DNA of 64,000 bases from Paragordius varius (taxonomy: Eukaryota > Animalia > Nematomorpha): NCBI GenBank assembly GCA_964247055.1, contig OZ176050.1, forward strand, positions 9,362,001 through 9,426,000, read 5' to 3'. This document shows, one piece after another, positions 34,421-48,400 of this stretch. Position 1 is the first letter of the stretch. Every line of letters starts with the position of its first letter. Both the position numbers and the translations under genes were made by a program. The notes beneath the pieces were generated by a model. That model did no database searches and had not been told where the DNA came from. It was given only the letters and a program-made list of their open reading frames with translations.

Positions 34421-37400
34421 CTATAATTTATGTGTTAGGATTAATGATTCACAACTTCCTTTTGTGTTTATTTCGTTTCGATATTCATCCATCACAAATT
34501 TTGTATTAGTCGTGTATTGAGATATGGGTTGTTTCAAATTTTCGCATATACTACCTGTATCCATAAACCCCAGTCCTAAATTTTTAAATGGAAATTCCGA
34601 TGATTTATCTACCATTTTATTCATATCTCGTTGAGATAGTGGGGACATGTTTGAGATCTTAGAAATTTTCAATAAATTTTCATTCAAATTGTTGCTTTTC
34701 AAAGTTGCTATATCTCCATTACAATAAACTTTATGTGATGACTCTTCAACGTTATATATTTTATTAGCATTAATCATGTATGAACCATCATGCTTTGAAT
34801 TATCTTGATTAGGTTTAGGTTGATACTGTGATAAAGAAACCATGTTATGTTCGTTATGGTTGGTGGAAATATTTTCTTTACACGTTATTTTATACGCATT
34901 ATTAATTAAGTGTAATGATTGTAACTGAATTATACCATTTGGATGATTTATGTTGTTTTGGCTACGTAGTGACAACTCGTTTCCTTTTGGAAAGTTTTCA
35001 TTGTGCGTTTGTTGATATGAATCAGTACCAATATGAAAAGGAATATTATTATTATTATTAACTGGATTATTTTGAATGGTATCTACATTTTGATTTTTTT
35101 CAATATCTTTATTGTGATTGCTACTACTGGCTAAAATATTCTGATGATTATTATCGATAAACTGTTCCTCGTTTTTGCTGGTTTTGATAGGGGAAGAAGT
35201 GTATAGGAAAGGTTTGAGTGGGACCAAAAAATTAGATTGCGTGTAAGATACATTGTGAACAACATTATCATTAACATTATCGTTTTTGCAATAATTAATT
35301 TGTTGATTAAGTTCATCCGGAGATGTAAAATCCAAATTTTTTAGGTCATTGAAAGCGTTTTTGTTTTGTTCCCTTACATTTAACGTTGTTGATAACATGG
35401 AAGATTGATGAGTGTAAGGTTTGTTGTTTTGATAATTATTATTATTATAATTATTTTTATATTTATTAGGTAATGCATCATTTTTATAATTTTTATCGAA
35501 GGGCATTGGTTGTTTTTCCATGATGTTCATTAGTGAACTCTAAAAAATGACATTTCATAAATATATTGATTATATATATATATATATATATATGGGCACA
35601 CATATTATGTTTTAAACCATACCTTACAAAAATAAAATGTACAAATAATTATAAACCTATATGCTTAACAAGAGTTTGTTGGCATTTTAAAAAGTAGCCA
35701 ATTTTATGCAATTATAATTAAAATTAAGCTTAAAATTTTAAATTAACTCTTTTAAAACCAAAAATTTACAAAAAATAACCAAGATTACTTACGGAAGAAC
35801 AAGTTCCAAACAAGCCTGTTGTTGTCGTGGATTCAAACACATTATCCGTAAATGGGTAGGCATTAAATAAATCATCCGAATAGGGATTCATATTATTGTT
35901 GGAAAGTAAATGATCATTTTGATTATGGATTCCAGTTATGAGAGGGGGTGTTGCGGTCATCATACCGCTCAACAAAGTTTGTTCATGTTGAGCCTTAGCT
36001 TGATTGAGCGCTAACGTGCCAAACGATGATAGAGTACTCACCGTACGTTTAAGTTTAAATGGTGTACTTTTGTTGAAACTAAAGGCTCGACTCATTTTAC
36101 GACTCAATAATTTTTTGGCCGTTCTACAAAAAAAATCAAACAAAAAAATGAATGGTAAAATGGATTGAAACTTAGCTTGCCAGAAAAATAAAAATTTCTT
36201 ATAATTATTATAATCACCAATACCATAATGATATCATTAGGATTTTGTTGATTAAAAATAAACTATAGGTATTTGTACCATGACTTAAACTTAACTCAAT
36301 CGACCAAAGACGACTGTCTCGATCGCAAGTTATTTCGCTCAAAAATATGGAAGCTAGCACATGCTAGAGAAACAACGACCTGATGATATGATGATGAATG
36401 ACATTAATATCATTAAATTTTTCAAAAGTATTATTAAGTAAATATATTTAGCCAGAATTAATTATTTATATGAACTTATATTATTTCAACTATTGAGCCA
36501 AATAATTTTAATCTATTTGCAAAAAATACCTAAAAGCCTTGGACAAAGTTCCAGAGTTTACAGGATTTGACATGGGGCTTGATATCATAATCTGATCGGG
36601 GTGAATCGGTTGCAATATTGATCTCTATCATAAAAAAACATATCAAATGTTATAAGAATGTGTTTAAAAATTCAAATCGATCTTTTAAACATCAAACAAA
36701 GGTGTTAGGTCACGGTAATTAATGCATAAATGACGGTGACCCTTATAAAAATAATCATTTAAAGACTTTTAATCATATTTGTGACGTGATGATATTAATA
36801 AAAAATGATGGTATACTTTTCATAATGAAATAAGGTAAAATTATAAAAACTTATGAAAAATTTTAAAAATTGTTGATATATTTTGACACACCATTGATCC
36901 AATTTGAACAACGTTTAACTTCCTTTTAGTTTGATTTAGTTACAACATATACAGTTTACATTTGTCTCAATAAAGACTGCTCTGAGACCATGAATGCGTG
37001 CATTTGTAAGCAGGCTGTCAGATCGGTTCTAGCTTTGACCAATCTGAAATGCAACTCGAGTTAGGTAAAACTCAAATTAAATACAAATTTATCGCAAAAA
37101 CAACTTACACCATCAGAAAGGCACAAAGTGTTTACGGTATTTTTGTGGAGGGCTTCCAGGATAAATGCTTTAGACATGGAACCATTATCCTCTTCCGGTT
37201 GTAAAGAAAAAAGCAATAAACGGCCTTCATTGCCATTATTATTATTATTCGGTTCAGTATTTAGGCTGTTGGAAAGAAGATGGTTTGAGATTGGATTAAA
37301 ATTTGGGGTAAGCGTACCACAACCATTTATATTATTATAAGGATTTTTTAATGTCCCATTACTTTGAAAGAGATGATGATGGTTGTTTGAACATATAATG

Positions 37401-40045
37401 GCAAAGGAATTGACAAATTCTATAAAATTTATTGTAAAGTATTTCGATTTACATACAAATAATCTGTAATTTTTAAGTACATTAGCTTAAACGTTTTAAA
37501 TTAAAAAATATTGAAATATCCATTTTTCAAAAAATGTAATTAACGTTTAACTACACGCATTTAAATAAAAATTTTGGCTATCTAGAAAAATGAACATATA
37601 TGATTCTATAAAATAATTAAAAAAATTAATTTATTATTTCAATTTCGAATTGGCTTACAAAAAAATAAAATAATGTGACATGATTTTAAATTGAATTTTT
37701 CATACATATACTTCAAAGAAATAAATTATTTTTTCCTACACTAAAAAATGCCGAGAAAATATAATAGAATATGTTTTTCTTGACATTAATATTCAAAAAT
37801 AAAAATTGATATAATAGGAATTTATTTTATCATAATATTTTTTGAACGAAATTGAATATGAAATATGGTATGAGAATCATTTGAACATCAAATATAAACT
37901 ATAAATTTATGATTAAATGCTGTTATAATTGGAAAAATTGATAATTGGAAAAATTGCTAACCCTTGTAAATAAATATTTTTATGAATGATATTTAAACGG
38001 TTTAATATATTTTATGTATGTAAAATATAAGGTAAAAAAATATTTTGTTTTTAAGCATATCTTACCTCCGTTATCCACTATATCGCCGATAACTTTAATA
38101 TGTGAAAGATGTAAAAGTTCAACGTGTTTATAGTTTTTATTGCTAGATTTGGATGAAAAACTATCCTTGCCTAAATAATACAAAAAATATATTAATACAA
38201 TGAATATGCAGAATAAAAGTAATATTGCTTAAAACAAATATAACTAAGTTAAAATAATATATGGTAAGAAATTGAATAAACCATTAATAATTTTTTGTTT
38301 AAGATACAATCTGCATAAATATCGTTTTCGATACAATTTTTTCTCCAATATCATAAAGCAAACTAAAAATCATCAACCTATACACCATGTATTCGAATTA
38401 TCATGCAAATCTTCAAACAAAGTATCAATACTTATACCAACTAGATTTACCTTATGACATCAACATTAACCCCATATAATAATTAATATACCATTAATAA
38501 TTATATCCAAAAAAACCATAAAATGGCAAATCGTATCAATACCCTAAACATATAAGCAAAATAATCCCAGTAACAAAAACCTGTCAATGAAGGACCCCCA
38601 CCTCCCGCCATTATATTAACACTCGGGAGACTGTTTAACATACCGGCGCTATATATGGTAGATTGAGTACTGGAACGTTTAACTAGCAAAGATAAACTAT
38701 TATCCGCATTATCACACGAACTATTTTTGGGTTGTTGAGATTTTAGTGTAACTTTACCTTTATGAGTTAGGCTATTGTCTGTATTACCTGGTTTATGATT
38801 TGGATATATATCTATACTATTGCTGTTTGATAATTTGGAGACATTGTGGGACGTAGTTGTTTCCACACCACTGTGATGATGATTATTTGATGAAGTGTGA
38901 GTAGTCGTGCTATTGTTATTGGAATTAAAGAAGGGTAAAGTAGCCAACTTATTTAGGGCTGTGGGTGGATTTTTGCGCTTACAAATCTAGACATGATTCG
39001 TAAAAATTTAAACCATGAAAATGTCTGCAAACTATATGGCTATGCCTTTAATTATGAAAATATTATGTTTAAGGGCTTAAAATTGAATATGAAATTGGGT
39101 GGTTTAAAAAAATTTCGGTTTTTAATACAGCAATTTTAGTCCTAGTTATTAAAAAACCGGTTGATTCTAAGTATTTAACGGTATGATACCTTTAAGTGAA
39201 AAACCAGATTTGGGATTCTTCTGGCGATTTTGGTTCTAAAAAACTAATATTATTTAGTGTCAACGACATAAAGTTAAAATTGTCCAATAACCGGATATAT
39301 TTCCTGCAGTTGTGGTCCCAAGGTCAAAATACTTATAAATTGTGCCAAAAATTTAAAACCAGTACCTCTAAACAATCATTAAACAAAAAGAGTGTCATAT
39401 GCTTTCCCTTTAAGTTGTTGGCTGTGATAGCAGAATCATGGGCTAAATTTTGCACATTAGCCCGGAATAAAAAGGTTCGTTGTGAAGATAAGAGATTTGG
39501 CTAAAAAATGGAGAAAATATGTCGTTAAAAAATATCAAAAAAATTTCAAAATAAAAGGAGTAATATTAAAAAAATTTCAAAAAAAGGAATCAATTATATA
39601 AACTATACCGGACAATTTTCTATATCATTCACAATTTCAAACATATGTAGTTGAGTTTCTGTTTTCCTTTTGCCTTCATTGATGTGACTATTAATATTGA
39701 TAAATTGAAATTAGATATAATTAAGTAGGAAAAAAATAATAGGGGTTTTACTCTAAAACATTCTTGACTGCATTGATAGACTCATTTAATGCAAATTTAT
39801 CGCTACTGTCTTCAGGTGTATGTTTCAACAAATCTATCAAGACATATATGATGTGTTATAATATACAAAAAATTAGGATATAATCATAAAAAAAATTCCA
39901 TTTTTGATTATTTGTAGATGATAATTCTATATTTACCCGAGAGCAATAAAATAAGACTGGGTAATCGTTGAACAGGGCGAATCATTAAATCCTCCAAACT
40001 TTGCCTTCCACACTCAGGCTTATTTTGACAAATCTTTAGGTTTAC

Positions 40046-40104
<59 letters not shown>

Positions 40105-42403
40105 AAATTAATGTAAAATTATGCATAAAAATTATAAAATTACATACCTTTAAGAAAGCGTGAAATTTAGGTTTAGTTTGATCACAACGTTTAAGGGTGT
40201 TCTTAGAATCATGGAAGAAATTTATAAATGGTGGATAGGCTTTGAGCATTCCATCAACCTACATGATTTAAAAAATGATTTATTAGACAGATTCAAAGCA
40301 AATATTCCCTAAAATTATACAGTATAAAAAACATTTGTTACACCCACACATATTTTAATAAAGAGGGAGTAATTCACAGTTACAGTTTCATATAATGTTC
40401 CGTTAAACCTATTCTGATTTATAAAATTTAAAAAGACACTTATTATCATTTTTACCATAACATTTCGGATCGCCTAAATCATTTAGTGCCGATAAATAGA
40501 TTTATATTGAATCTTATCATATCTTATCAAATCACAACCATACATAAATGTTTGAAGCAATAATTAAGGCTATGAAAAAAAAAAAAGATTTGATAAACAT
40601 CCAATCCTTCTCTTACATGCGATAAAATTATGTGACCAATTTGTGTTTGCTCCTCGGAATATGTTAGGAGAGCGTTTGTGAGATCAATTAACATACGTTT
40701 ATGTACTTCATGGATGGGCGGAAGATTACCGAAAATGGCTTTTACCTCGGTCGTGTCCAAAAGATTTGATGCACTATTCACAGAACTTACACTATTTGTC
40801 AGCGTGTGTGACAAATTATTATTATTCATCATATTATTATTTAATGTGCATGCACCGCCATTGTAAACTGTAATATCACCACTACTTGTCGCTATAGTAG
40901 GATTTGCAGTTAAGAGGGTATTGTTGGAAAAGGAGGGAGATATGTTGTTAGTTTTCGGGCTAAAAATGATTTTTTAGAATTATTTATCCATGGAGGAAAC
41001 TTAAGCTTTAATTTTGAAAATATGCATCATTCCATAAATCAAGCGGATACAAATAAAGAGTTATTTTGTAAAATCAATTTGTTGATCAAATCTAAATTCA
41101 TTTTTTACAAAAAAATGATAAAGGAACTTATTCTAACTATAATATAATTCTTTAACATAAAATATGACCAAAAATGTATTCTTATATAAATTAAATGCTT
41201 CTTAAAAATCAAGTTTGTTAACCATATAACAAAAAAAGCCAAATTTTTCAATACCTTAAATAATTTGTTGCAGCTATTAAATTTAAGGATTGCACAGAAC
41301 CCGTATTAAAATTAGGTCCTGATGCAACATTTTTAACTTTACAATTATCTTGTTGAATGGTTAAAAAATTATTGCTTGGTATGTTTGGGTATTCAAATAA
41401 CTGTGCTGTATTTTCATCATTAATAGATATTTGTGGTACGGGTGCATTTTTTACTTCCTCCAGCGGTTTATGGTATACCTGAGAAGGGTTATAAAAAAAG
41501 TAAAAATTTAATTTTATTTTGTATGTAAGAAAACCATATTTGATATAATATCAATTTTTTAAAGATAACCTATCGTTTTTGGATCCTATAGTCTAAATTT
41601 TTATACTTAATTATATATATATTTCTTAATTAAAATTGTACAAGTTGTGAAAAATGGCCAACAAAGTCCGCTTGCCACCTCCCCGCGGTGTTGGCTGAGG
41701 CATGAAAATGCGCTAACGGCAAAGGCCAGGTTTCTAATGATCTGTAAAATAATTAGTTGTACACAAGGGAATGTTTCATGTATAAAAAACGCCTCAGATT
41801 ACCACGAAGTATAAATATTATGAATATGAATTACTCCGTGATACGAAAACTCCGAATCCGGAGTCCAACCCTTTATGATGAAATTGGAAAAAGGATCGAA
41901 AAATATGTGTATCATTATAAAAAATATTAATCATGTATTTTATCTATTTTTTCTTTCTAATATCAATTTTAAGTGTGTATAATCTTAAACATTTTCATTA
42001 AAGTTAAATTTATCTTTTTAGCTAATTAATATTCATTGAATTATATAACAAATATAATGCCACATATATGAATTTTATGTACAATACCTTTCTAATAAGA
42101 TCGAGACAATTAACGTAATTACGTTCGGTATTTAATATTTCAAGAGCTATCATATGACGAGCCGACTGGCATTTACCATATGATATTTGATTTAAAAGCG
42201 ATTGTGGTCCAGATAAATCTACATATAAAATATGATAATTTTAATCTAACCAAAAGGATTGAAATAAGCATTGTGTTAAATAAAATTAAGGATAAAAATG
42301 TAAAAAATGCTGAAAAATGGCATTACAAATAAGATGAGACCTAAAGAAATGAGTTTTTTGCCATAAAATAATGTATTGAAACAATTTTTGGCAATTACTA
42401 TTT

Positions 42404-42469
<66 letters not shown>

Positions 42470-45400
42470 GTCTATTATTACAGTTTATTTTAATTAATTC
42501 AATTAAAATATACCAATATTTATTCCATTAATGTTTGTTTGACCAAATAAATTGTTAGTGGTGTAAGCACGAGTATCGTCAAGTATATGAGATGCTGATT
42601 GAGATCTTTCCCGACTACCTGAGAGTTGTTTAGATGCAGCCAGGGAACCATTCAAGTTTTGATAATCAGTATTTCTTCCTAAAAGGGTTGAAAATCATTA
42701 GTTAATCACCAGTAATATAAGGAAAAGTATCATGTAAATTAATAAAATTTAAAAATAAAAATGTGAATAGGCTATTAAAGTAAGGAGCAACTATTTGCTT
42801 TTAAGTAATAAAATTTATTTTACAATCAGAAAAAGAGCTGACATATGCATAAATTATTTGATAAAATTCTGAATAGAACTTAAAACTTTCAGTTTTAAAA
42901 TGAAAATCGTCATGTTTAAAAATAGATTATCAATAATTGCTAAGTTTAATCAAACCACAATTTTTGTTAATAATTTTTTATCAATCAATAGATAAGTCTT
43001 AGGCTTAGCCATCTATATAATTAGAATTATTACAATTGTGACATTTGTAATTGAGCGTGTTGCTCATTTAAATCTCCATATTTAGCGACCCAAAACGATA
43101 GATTGTTCGAAAAAGTATGGCTGCCTGTCTTTTTTTTAAAATGAAATTATTTGTTTTTAACTTTTTACGCTTTGTATATATAATTTAAATTTTTATGCTT
43201 ACCATGGTGATTATTTGATAATAAAACGGCGGCTGCCGAGTTAAGGAGCGATGAAGTTGAATTGGCTGATGAGAGAGGTGTAGCCGGTGTATTGCATAGT
43301 GTACTGCCACCCAGGGAGGATTGTTGTTGACTATGAGAGAAGTTGGTTAAATTAAAGGCTGGTATATGGCTGCCATAACCTAAAAAGGAAACATAAACTC
43401 AGGTTAATATAGTTAAAAGAATGCGTATATTAATGTTTATTCGATATTAACGATATGGTAGTTGATGCTATTATAATAGTAACAAAAAAACGGTCCAAAA
43501 TACAGTATGGCTTTTAATAATCATTATATAATAAAAAATTTATATGGTGGTCTAGAATGGATTCGAGAAATCCATAATTAATACTTTTGATATACATTTT
43601 ACAAATAAATGTTCGAAACATTAGATCATTAGAATGTTTCAAGAAAGTAAGGATTTAATTATTCACAGTAAACATGGCTTTTTAACTGATAATTTAAATT
43701 ACTTTTTTATCCCTATATATAAGCAGATAACCGTAAAATTAAAAAAGTCAACTGTTTATTATTCACACTTAAAACCGGAAAGTTCTAAATTTTCCACAAC
43801 ATTCATATAAATAGAAAATAACGCAATTAAAATTGGATAAACTTCAAATCGCCGTATATGCCAGATTTATAGGGTATTTATTGTTTTAAAAACAATGTCA
43901 AAAATTTAAAATATGGCGTAGTCAGAATATATAATAATTACCATATTCATTCGTTGCTAACAGACCATCTGTGGAACTGTATTGACTAGAAGGACGCTAA
44001 AAGTCAATGGTAATAAAAAAATCTGTAAAACACATTATTAGCAAATTATAGTTAATCAATAAATACATGTCCCAAATTTCAATGTATTATTGATCAAAGA
44101 ATAGATTAAGGTTAAAAAAAACGTACCAAAAATGAATATAGCTTTTCATCGGCACAAAAATCGAGTTGAATACTGACCCAAAACCATTCAGCTTTGACTA
44201 TGAGTAAACTATTCAAACGAGATTCTGATAAGTTTGTAAGATTTTCAGGTTTCACATTTAATTCGTCTACAACTAAATGCGTAACGGCACTATTCTCACA
44301 ATCTACCACGATGGCACCTAAAATTTAGTATAAAATATTTATTCTTTCAATTTTAAATTTATTGGCAAAAAAAATTATTTTTTTGTCATACCATTATTTT
44401 TGGCCAATTCTTCCATATGATTTTTTTCTTCAGCAGGGAATCCAATAAAACTAATTGAACATCCCACAAAGGGTTTTAGTTTGAATCGGTTCTAAATTAT
44501 AAAATATTAAATTTATATATAGTCTTGTTTGCTGGGAAATAAAATATTTATTTATTTATTTAATGGGTAAAAAATTGAGGTTTTGGCTTGTCACAAGATG
44601 AAAATTCAATGAAACCGGGTCATATGAAAGGCGAAGCAGAATTATTATTATCACATTTGTCTCTCTGCATAAGTCCATTTTATTTAAGCAAATTAACTTA
44701 AATAACGATTTAATCAGTCGATTTCTAAAATTAATAACACCAGAAATTAAAAATATTTCATTTATAGGCGACTCCAGCGCTTAAGGTAGAGCGATATATG
44801 GTAAAAAATTAAACTTCACAAAAAATATGAGCTTATAAAAAATGACAAATAAAAAACATCCAAATAAAAATAAAATTTTGATTCTATTTCTCAAATTAAA
44901 AAAAATTAAGTATAAAAACTATAATTTCTTCATCGGTAGGTTTGAAATCATGATTGAATCTTTGTTCCCAACAATATTCGATCCAAGCGTGAGACATGAT
45001 AGGTTTTCCCAAATTCGAAGCAGCTCGATATTTGTCACCTTGAACCGTGAGCGAAATCAAATGCGTAACTTTGGACCCATTAAATTTTTTACGTACCGTG
45101 GCTCCCATATACTGTGCTAAGCACACTAAATTAGTCTACAAAACGGTATAGTTTTAATATAAAATTTGTTTGAGTTTAAGGATAAACTTTTTGTAATTTA
45201 CAATGATACAAATTAAATTTTTACGGTAGTCTAAAATTATTAGATTACAATAAATTACATATGTTTATAGAAATATAACTTTACTTATACAATTACAAGA
45301 CATCATATGGTTCAATATTCGCATCTGAGTTTTTTTGATTTTTTGATTTATCATTCATTTTTTATAAAATCGAATTAATACATTTAAAATTATATTCTTT

Positions 45401-48400
45401 CCATTATTTTTGGCTAATATAGAAAATTTAACATTGTAATTTAATAAACCATAATATAAAAGTATACACTTTGTAATACATTAGGAAAGTGCATTGATAT
45501 CAGCATGAGCCCATTAATTTAAGGCGCTCTTTATATTAATAAGTTCATTACGAGGGGAAACGGGGAATCGAGACTGAAAATTTAATTAGTAATGACATGC
45601 TTTAATATTTTTCTGGCATTACACATATAAAATGAAAAATAAAATATAATAATTATTTTATTAGATAGGATTTATAGATTTAAATTATTTTTTGCTTTTT
45701 ATTTATCAATATTAATTTTTAAGATCATATTTAAATATTTTATAGCACCATATAAATGTGTTTGTTATTTTAAAGTTATTTGTATTATTTAAAAAATTTA
45801 CAAAACCTATAGGCTCACTTTTATATGAAGAAATAAAAATAAAAATATTTTATAACTTTTAAACAATGTTTATTTAACCAGGTGCGTTATTGAGAATGTT
45901 AAGTGCAAAGTTATTTACCAATTTCAAGGTGTCCGTAAACCTTGAAAAACACAAATTTAGTCCTCGCATCGACAAGCAAAATATGGGGTGTCGCATTTCC
46001 AGCAAATCCTAAAATGTCAAATATAGTTTATTATAGATAAAAATATGGAAATTATTATACAGTCAAATTCAAAATCCAAAGAACAACCAAATTTTTTTTA
46101 AAAAACAACAACCATACTTTTTAACCCTTTATTTTTCATTAAATTATTAAAAAAAACATTAAATTAAAGTGTATTAACAATTTAAATCCTATTTCCTGTT
46201 AAGCAACCCAAAACGATGGTTATATTTAAAAAATTGGGATTATCAGAATAGGTTATCCTTAAAAATATATTTCTGTTTAAGTTTTTACATTTTGTCTGTA
46301 TAATTTCGATTTTATGCAGGTTGATGATCTCAACAAAAAAACTAGATGAACTAAATTAAAAAGTTTCATTTGTAAATTTTTATGCATAGTTACATGTTGT
46401 ATGAGATAGGGATGCCGTTGTAACTGATACAGGAATGGGGGCCCAATCAATCTTCGTCCAAATTTTTCCCGTTGAAGTTTATCCCAAAATGAGCCCGTGA
46501 AATCGGACACCAAATAAAACGGGTGAGTGGAATCAAAAAAAGTATTGCAATTCACTAATTTCGTTTCTGTTGGCATTGCATTGACTGTTATGATAGTAGT
46601 ATTTTCTTCAAAGGCTTTTTTGTTTCCGCCCTTTTGAACGCTACTATTGTTAAAGAAATTACTAAAGAGGGATGTGTGGCTAGATGCATGTCGCAAATTT
46701 GTTAAAGAAGAAGTGCTATTGGGATCAAGTTTACCTAACAAATATGGAACGTTTTTTTACAAGTTGATATCAAAGTATCCGAAAATAGAAATATTTTTAT
46801 TTAAATCTTTTATTTTTATGATAAAAATCATATTGTTAAAGCTTTAATAATAGGGGGTATAATTTAAAAGCGTATACAAAAAATTAAATACATTTTATAG
46901 CTTTGAATAAAATAATTTGTATTACATGAAATTAAATATTGACAGTTCATTTACGTATAAATAAAATTTTGAAAATTTTAAGAATATGGGTAAAAACAAG
47001 TACTATGAAATGGTTTGAATTTAGTTTAATATTTGACAATCCACAATAACATAACATGAATTTTATCAGAAAATCAAAGTTAACGTCAGTCTTAATATAT
47101 TTTATGCTCATATAGTAGAAGATAAATTATATTTTTTATATTTAAACCCAAATTTAGAATCCTAGCTAAAAAGCCTTCTGTTGATATTAAAATTGTCATA
47201 GAAGCGGACTGTGTATAAAACAATATTTGTAACTAATAATTCTTTTACAAAAACTACAAAGGCACGAGGAATTTCTGATACCATAACCTATTGTAATTAT
47301 TATCTCATATTTTGATCTTTTATACCGCATATTCTATACATAATTTATATAAAATCGTATAACTAATTAATACATTTTTATAACTTTTATAAAGATGCAT
47401 CTAGAGAAATTTATGTATGCATAAAAATACTAAACTTACTAATTGAAGGCAGGTAAATATATAATTTATAATTGTAATAAAGAATAAAACAATATGGGTC
47501 ACATGGATAATGTCAGCATATTTTTAATAATTACCTATCTCTATTATTATATTATTATTATGATAATTATGGAGTAATATATAATTGTTTTAACAATATA
47601 CCAAAAGATGAATTTATTAAATATGTATTACTTTGGACATTTATAAATTTGTACTGAATTGAAAATAAAATATATATAAGCATATAATTCCAGCAATCTT
47701 GGGAAAGTATTTTTTCAAAGAATTATAGATTTTCAATTTTACAAATCACTACTAGTTTATTGTTATAAAAAGGTAAAGCCGGAACGAACAAATTTACATG
47801 GGAAATTATTAAACTAATTAAATTAATTAACAATTGTTGAATCCGTGAAATGATGATATAAAAATTCAACTGAAAACTGAAAATACCAAATGATATAAGA
47901 AACCCTTCGTGAATAGATCGCAGACGAGTTTCGTGCCTCAGTTAATTTTTCATTTGATTTTCGGTTTAATTTTCGTTTATATCATTATTTTATAGATTTA
48001 ACAATTGTAGATATCAACTTTATCAATCCGTATTTTACTTTTATAATAAATAAATAAATTAATGTTTTACACATTTAAATTTAAAAATATTTTCAAGAAA
48101 ATAATACGTAAAAATTAATATTATGTGAAAAAAAATTGAGTTTATTTTTAAGTGCAGCCTTAGAATTATGTGGATGCGCATTTAACCAGGCATTTTGGTG
48201 AATGAGCCGGCTCAGTAGTTCAAATGATTATAAATGCCTGAAGAGTCTTAACGCTCAAAGGGATTTTGAGAAATCACTTTTGTCGCTTAGGATATAACTC
48301 AAAAATAGGAGAAAAGCCACTTTCGGCTAATTCAGATACTTGAGTCGGCGACCTTCTTCTTAACTATGAAAAAAAACGTATACAACGCATTCATTTCAGT

